In this document: in pieces, positions 59,401 to 64,000 of the stretch | Numbering within the stretch: position 1 is the stretch's first letter | How the letters are laid out: every line of letters starts with the position of its first letter | From: Ostrea edulis | Lineage: Eukaryota | NCBI RefSeq assembly: GCF_947568905.1 | Contig: NC_079171.1 | Span: forward strand, 60,574,001-60,638,000 | Reading direction: 5' to 3' | DNA: 64,000 nucleotides | Notes under the pieces: model-generated | Told to the model about the DNA's origin: nothing | What the model saw: only the letters and a program-made list of their open reading frames with translations | The model's database searches: none | Program-made: the position numbers and the translations under genes

Positions 59401-62029
59401 CACAATATAACTCGTACAGTGTGGATAAATGAGGTGGGCTTTTTAAAAAAGTTTGTTAAATGGTGTCGTCCACCCTCACTTAGTAATGCAAGGAGAAGAT
59501 AACGAACAGTGATCAATCTCATAACTCCTACAAGCAATACAAAATAGATAGTTGGGCAAACACGGACCCCTTGACACACCAGAGGTGGGATCAGGTGCCT
59601 AGGAGGAGTAAGCATCCCCTGTTGACCGGTCACACCCGCCGTGAGCCTTTGTGAGGTCCTTTTAAACGTGAAGTAAGGTTTTATATGTTCAGAAAGCAAT
59701 GTAACACTTGGGGATGAGGGTTAGTAAATCAGTGGTGCTGATTCGTCACGTAAACAACAATAAAGGCAATCATCGACACAATTAACAATATTTGATTATC
59801 TACTAATAATGCTGAGATATTAATTGATGACTTCTACTTTTGTTTTTTGTTTCAGATTCTACAACAACACAAACATCGGTCTCTACGCCTCCTAGCGGAA
59901 TAAAAGTTCACATGCCTAATCCCTGCATTCAAAACCAGACGATATGTGATAGGTACTGCGCGGAGGGATACCTGCTGGGTCCTGACGGGTGTCAGTACTG
60001 CCTGTGTAGAAGTCTCATTCCGGGCCTCGTCTATACCAAAGGTAGACAACCGTTACTCTCAACCTAAACATCTCGTCTGCTGCCTCTGTCCTACTTCCGG
60101 CTACTTCTGGCTACCTCCCCTCTTCCGGCTACTTCTGGCTACTTCCGTCCTACTTTCGGCTACTTCCACCCTACTACCGGTCGCGGTTAGTGTATTAACT
60201 TCGCAGCGGGGAGGCCCGGGTTCAATTCCGGCACCACGTCAAACTTTAGACGGTTGACATAAGTAGCACCAGCATTAAAAGAATAAGTCACGAGTCTTTC
60301 GATTGTGTGCAATGCTTAACGCCTCGCTCCAAAAATGTTCACTCATATTAAGACGTCACCATTTGCCGGTGAAGGGCTGCAATATTTAGGCCTATGCTCG
60401 GCGCTTATGACCATTGGGCAGGGAGGGATATTTATCGTGCCATACTTGTCGTTACATGGGGCCTCGGGTTGTGCGGTCTCATCCGAAGCACCCGCCCCAT
60501 TTAATCGCCTCTTACGACAAGCAGTGGGTACTGAGGACCTATTCTAACCTGGATCACCACGTGACGAGTCTTTCGGAGATGACTTTAAAAACGTGACGTC
60601 ATGGAAGACACTAACACGATGAAGAACCTTCACTGCCATGTGAGGCGAAACAAACAAATCAAACAAACAAATCAAACAAACTAATCATCCGCCCTTTTAG
60701 GGTCCGTGGTATAGAGTACACCCACAGACATCACGTGGTTCTGGCCCTTTTCAGGAATGTTTGCTCTCACATAATATCGCGTAATGACTCGGAAACGCCA
60801 AATTGCGAGAAAATAAATTAGCGGGTGAACTGTTAACAGGAATTAGTGCATGCATTTCAGTAATTTGAAAATAAAAGTGAGTAATCTTATTTCGAGCGTA
60901 GTATCTCTCGCCAAGTTACGCAATTAGTAGTTCCTCGCGTGTATTTAGGAATCTAATGTATTATTTCTATAAAGTTTCTACGAGGCGCCATTCATGTCAT
61001 ATGTTTGTTTCGATTGCAAGTTGTTTTACATCCGATTTGAGAAGCTTTTACCGCCTAGGTGGAGAGTCAGAAATCTAGATCTAAGAAAACGTGAATTAAT
61101 TCTTATCTCACCAAGAGTAAAGCTGACACGAGTAACATTAAGTACGATTTATTTTTACAGCACCCATCACCACCCCATCTACAGAAACGACTACGCTGGC
61201 GTATTACCTACCAAATCCCTGTCAGACCGGAAAGCACGTGTGTGTTGCCCATTGTCAGTATGGTTACATCCTGGGGCCCGGCGATTGTCAGTACTGCATG
61301 TGTGCCGCTAAAACCACCACCTCTTCTCTCACTATTCCGGGTAATTAGACCGATCTTAGCACCGCTTTCTGTTAAAGTGTCTACCGGAAGTAAAATCAAG
61401 CATCTATAATTAGCATAGATACGCCCAGTGTTATATATACTATAATTCAATGTTTCTAGATGTCAATCCCGCAGGAAGTGACGTAATGGCATCTACAACC
61501 CCATATCCTTCCGGTCACATGGACAATGAGTGCGCCATTGCTTTTACTATCTGTCAAATCAGGTGTAAACATGGCTTCCTGGCCGATACAGTTGACTGTC
61601 GACGCTGTGTGTGCAAGGATGAGATTTACAAATCCGGTTAGTGTATGTATTCTGCCTTATTTTTTGTTTCCCTCGATAAACGTTCTCGTGAAATTAATAC
61701 ATAAAACTTATGAATTTTAGTTTATTCCTTTTTATCTTTTATATCTCTGTGGTTGTATGGAAGTTTATATTTATCTACATCCTAAAATTTGATTTTACAT
61801 GAACTGCAAGAAATTACTTGTACCAAGATAAGGACGTTTCTCAAATACGTTTTTTGTTATGTACATTGTAAAACATTTCATTTCAGCCGGCATCAGTGAG
61901 GCGGACGAACCGGACATTAAACTGATGAATCCATGTGTGCAGGGACTGGATGTTTGTAACGTGTTCTGTTACCATGGCTACTTACGCGGCCCACGTGACT
62001 GTCAATACTGCGCGTGCCAATTCGTGTAA
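50408..62029 (+). CDS. Antistasin-domain secreted protein B, 342 aa (signal peptide + 6 antistasin-like domains with Thr/Pro/Ser linkers)
   Basis: Exons 50408-50456 (MRNLSLFYIGFLLLHN G|gtaagg), 53075-53194, 58067-58240, 59856-60041, 61161-61340, 61460-61636, 61887-62029; all phase 1, one 6-Cys domain per exon; AATAAA at 62044. Confidence 0.88.
51060..51445. repeat. (TTGT/CTGT/TCGG) compound simple repeat
   Basis: Explains the spurious ORFs 51024-51512. Confidence 0.95.
51846..52262 (+). mobile_element. tRNA(Ala)-like-headed SINE with an internal duplication
   Basis: A box tggtctaaagg 51854, B box ggttcgaatct 51898, anticodon-loop-like ccgcat; duplicated gctcgacatcaggtgtgaatg; (atca) tail. 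Confidence 0.85.
54230..54340 (+). mobile_element. Highly degenerate LINE RT fragment
   Basis: AGVSQGSIL resembles the GVPQGSIL RT motif. Confidence 0.4.
54545..55466 (+). mobile_element. 5'-truncated Penelope-like retroelement (RT C-terminal, no downstream GIY-YIG; Naiad-type layout), frameshifted
   Basis: GIPMGTNCAPLLADLFLYSYE, FRYIDD, SYLD, LYDKRDDF, YISQLIRYARAC; after a 1-nt deletion near 55085 the frame continues GKLLTNKLMVQGF...FHTDC* (TAA 55249-55251), followed by the ~215-bp conserved 3' end. Confidence 0.9.
55699..55888. repeat. ~62-bp tandem repeat x3, each with an 8-bp hairpin
   Basis: cgatgtag-gactatt-ttacatcg. Confidence 0.9.
55935..56170. repeat. ~118-bp direct duplication
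   Basis: ggaaacaagg(c/a)cacagtttcgtacta...ccttaaaatagagcatca x2. Confidence 0.85.
56474..58070. repeat. ~19-20-bp minisatellite (atatttacattttagatccc), about 80 units, ending in the exon 58067 acceptor
   Basis: Direct inspection. Confidence 0.95.
59001..59386. repeat. 43-bp near-identical tandem repeat x9
   Basis: aacttatcgtccggttaactcccggtcctttgatgctactata units. Confidence 0.97.
59490..59648 (-). mobile_element. Solo 3' end of the Penelope-like family, inverted
   Basis: Reverse complement nearly identical to 55312-55466. Confidence 0.85.
60178..60680 (+). mobile_element. tRNA-headed SINE split by an inserted minus-strand SINE
   Basis: B box gggttcaattcc; body resumes after 60563; (caaa)n tail. 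Confidence 0.65.
60302..60563 (-). mobile_element. SINE (non-tRNA-head family) with 12-bp TSD
   Basis: acgagtctttcg at 60290-60301 and 60564-60575. Confidence 0.85.
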
Positions 62030-63041
62030 AGAAAAACGTGTATAATAAAGAATTTCGATATATTCTTATCAATTTATATTAATTTCACTCCAAGGGGTGG
62101 GGGTGTGCATCAGTGTTTCTTGACTGCCTTGCCGTGCATTCACACACCACACATGCTGTGGCCTTGTCAAACCTACAAAACTAAGCTGTAACCCCCTCCT
62201 CTTCAAACGATCAATATATGGAAGCGAGATTTGCCAGTGTTTCAGACGAAACCTCCAAACCTGGCTCCCCGTGTTACGGTGTGTGTTTGGTGTTGTTATG
62301 GTCGTTATGGCACTCAAAGAACATGCATTAGCTGTGAGATTTCCTCGTTATGCCATGGCACGGGACCTTGGTCATAAAGGTGTATCCCAAAAGACACGCG
62401 GCTTTTACCATGCCAAGTGTTTAAAGAAGGTATATGAGTAATTACTACTTCATCTAAACTCTCGCCGTTATTCAAACTCTCGCTCTGGGGTGATATAGTT
62501 CGGCCCATTTGCATACAGTTACTGTAATTAATTTTTCTTTGCGTGCAATTTTTTTTCAGCGAAGTTTGGAAGAACCCCGTCGTCGCGAATATTTCTCGCC
62601 GTGAACCAGTCCTTTACTGTCTCTTGTATTTATGATTATCTCAGTCGCGAAAAGTATTTGCTGTGAACCGGTTTATCACAAGTATATCGTGAAATAAAGT
62701 CGTCGCGAATGGAAGTTGGTATATAGTATTCTGGTGGTTCATGTTCTTAGAAAAAAGAAAATGCTCCAATTCCAAAGTAGTCGTGATCAAAGTTAGATTT
62801 GTCAGTCGTCACGTGATCAACGAGGTGAATAGCATTGGAACCTGACCTTTTTTGACTGAATGGAATGTAGAACATAGAGTCTGTCATTGTATTGTTATCG
62901 ACACTTTCATTTCCGTTTGGGTATCATCCACCTGCCTGATATCTCCACACTCCTCCCCTTATCACGAAAACATGACACCTCCCGTTATCAAACAAATATT
63001 TCCCTCCCTCGCCGTTATCAAGAAAGCATGACTTCATGCGC

Positions 63042-63048
63042 TATATAA
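63042..63048 (+). promoter_or_regulatory. Candidate TATA box of antistasin gene C
   Basis: TATATAA about 90 nt upstream of ATG 63131. Confidence 0.45.
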
Positions 63049-63130
63049 CATGTAAAGTGACATGGAATCTTGAAAGAAGCGATTCTGTTACGACGCTGTC
63101 AAGCAGGATTACGGAGAGAAGAACGGGAGG

Positions 63131-63533
63131 ATGATTAGAATCGGAGTGGTGTGGTGTATGTTGATAGGTATGCGCTATGAGGGGTGTTACGCATTATCAT
63201 GTAATCGTTTGAGATAGAGTTCACTCTCCCCAAGACAAACAGAAATTATAAATATTCTTTCAAACCAGCGAAATCAGGGTTTTATCCGCTGCTCTGATTT
63301 AAAAGTTCTTTTTCTTTTATTTTGATTCCCCACCATAGAAACGCCATTTTCATTTGGGGACAATATATTTACTTTTTAAAAATGAAATCCGTACACTGCA
63401 GGGGCACATGGGTTTATCTACGACTCTTTTCATTTCGGATGTCGACCCATCACAATGTTCTGCCACTTGTCATGCGCGAACGGATACGAGAAGGACGGCT
63501 CAGGATGTGACATATGTCACTGCAAAGGCGTGG
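63131..63533 (+). CDS. Antistasin-domain secreted protein C, first two exons; probably continues beyond the window
   Basis: 63131-63167 (MIRIGVVWCMLI G|gtatgc) + 63402-63533 (AHG-FIYDSFHFGCRPITMFCHLSCANGYEKDGSGCDICHCKGV G|gtaaga), phase 1; absent from the ORF track in this frame. Confidence 0.85.
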
Positions 63534-64000
63534 GTAAGACAAATCTCGTCTACAAATTATTCACGTTTCCTATTTATAACTTTGGGAAAAACTACCGTTT
63601 TCAAAATACATGTAATATAAATTGAAGAATGTCAACACAAGGTAAATAAAAATATGAGCAGATTTTAAACTTTTGGAGTAAGCTTTTTGTTTAGAATTCA
63701 TAATGCTGCATACAGCTGTTGCTTACTTTCACTTTCTGCTTTCTATTTAGGTCGAAATCTGTTTACGCTAAATTCACATTTATTATTAACTGCAGTCTTC
63801 GTTTCACTGTTTGAGCAATGGAGAAATTGTAGCGAAAATCAATCTTTCTACTTTCTTTCCTTTTTCTATCGTCGTTAGCCAAGTATGCCTCTCTGTTCAC
63901 CCTTGACAAGCAAAGATGTTATTTCCTGTCTAAGTAACATGCACAATGATTTATTGTAATTTCTTATATCCGATAGATAATAAGAAATGATAGATGATGT

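Noticed and set aside
63322-63620. ORF-track peptides 63322-63510 and 63354-63620
   Set aside because: Wrong frames; the third frame encodes the antistasin domain of gene C

Overview
Eukaryotic, AT-rich, intron-rich genomic DNA, most consistent with a bivalve (oyster-type) scaffold. This is inferred from the SINE/MITE/PLE repeat types; there is one N-gap at 30702-30862. Manual GT-AG/phase splicing reconstructs six + strand genes. (1) The 3' ~1525 codons of a 21-exon, low-complexity/coiled-coil gene (2974-22775) whose C-terminal region resembles FAM186A/B, plus several candidate extra (micro)exons. (2) A secreted LRR-only protein (31529-34692). (3) An orphan Arg-rich basic ORF (38312-39207). 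(4-6) A tandem cluster of three secreted antistasin-domain genes (42432-49398, 50408-62029, 63131-beyond the window) built from symmetric phase-1 exons, almost all carrying one domain each. Mobile elements include a 5'-truncated APE-RT LINE (RTE-X-like) with ORF1 and ORF2 in the same frame separated by one TAG, a Penelope-like (Naiad-type architecture) RT remnant with solo 3'-end copies, two SINE families sharing body and tail but not head, several MITEs and many minisatellites. The most unusual pattern is that many tandem repeats are amplified copies of real splice sites, including a 1.6 kb array of about 80 decoy acceptors in front of an antistasin exon. All gene models are by-eye predictions without transcript support.
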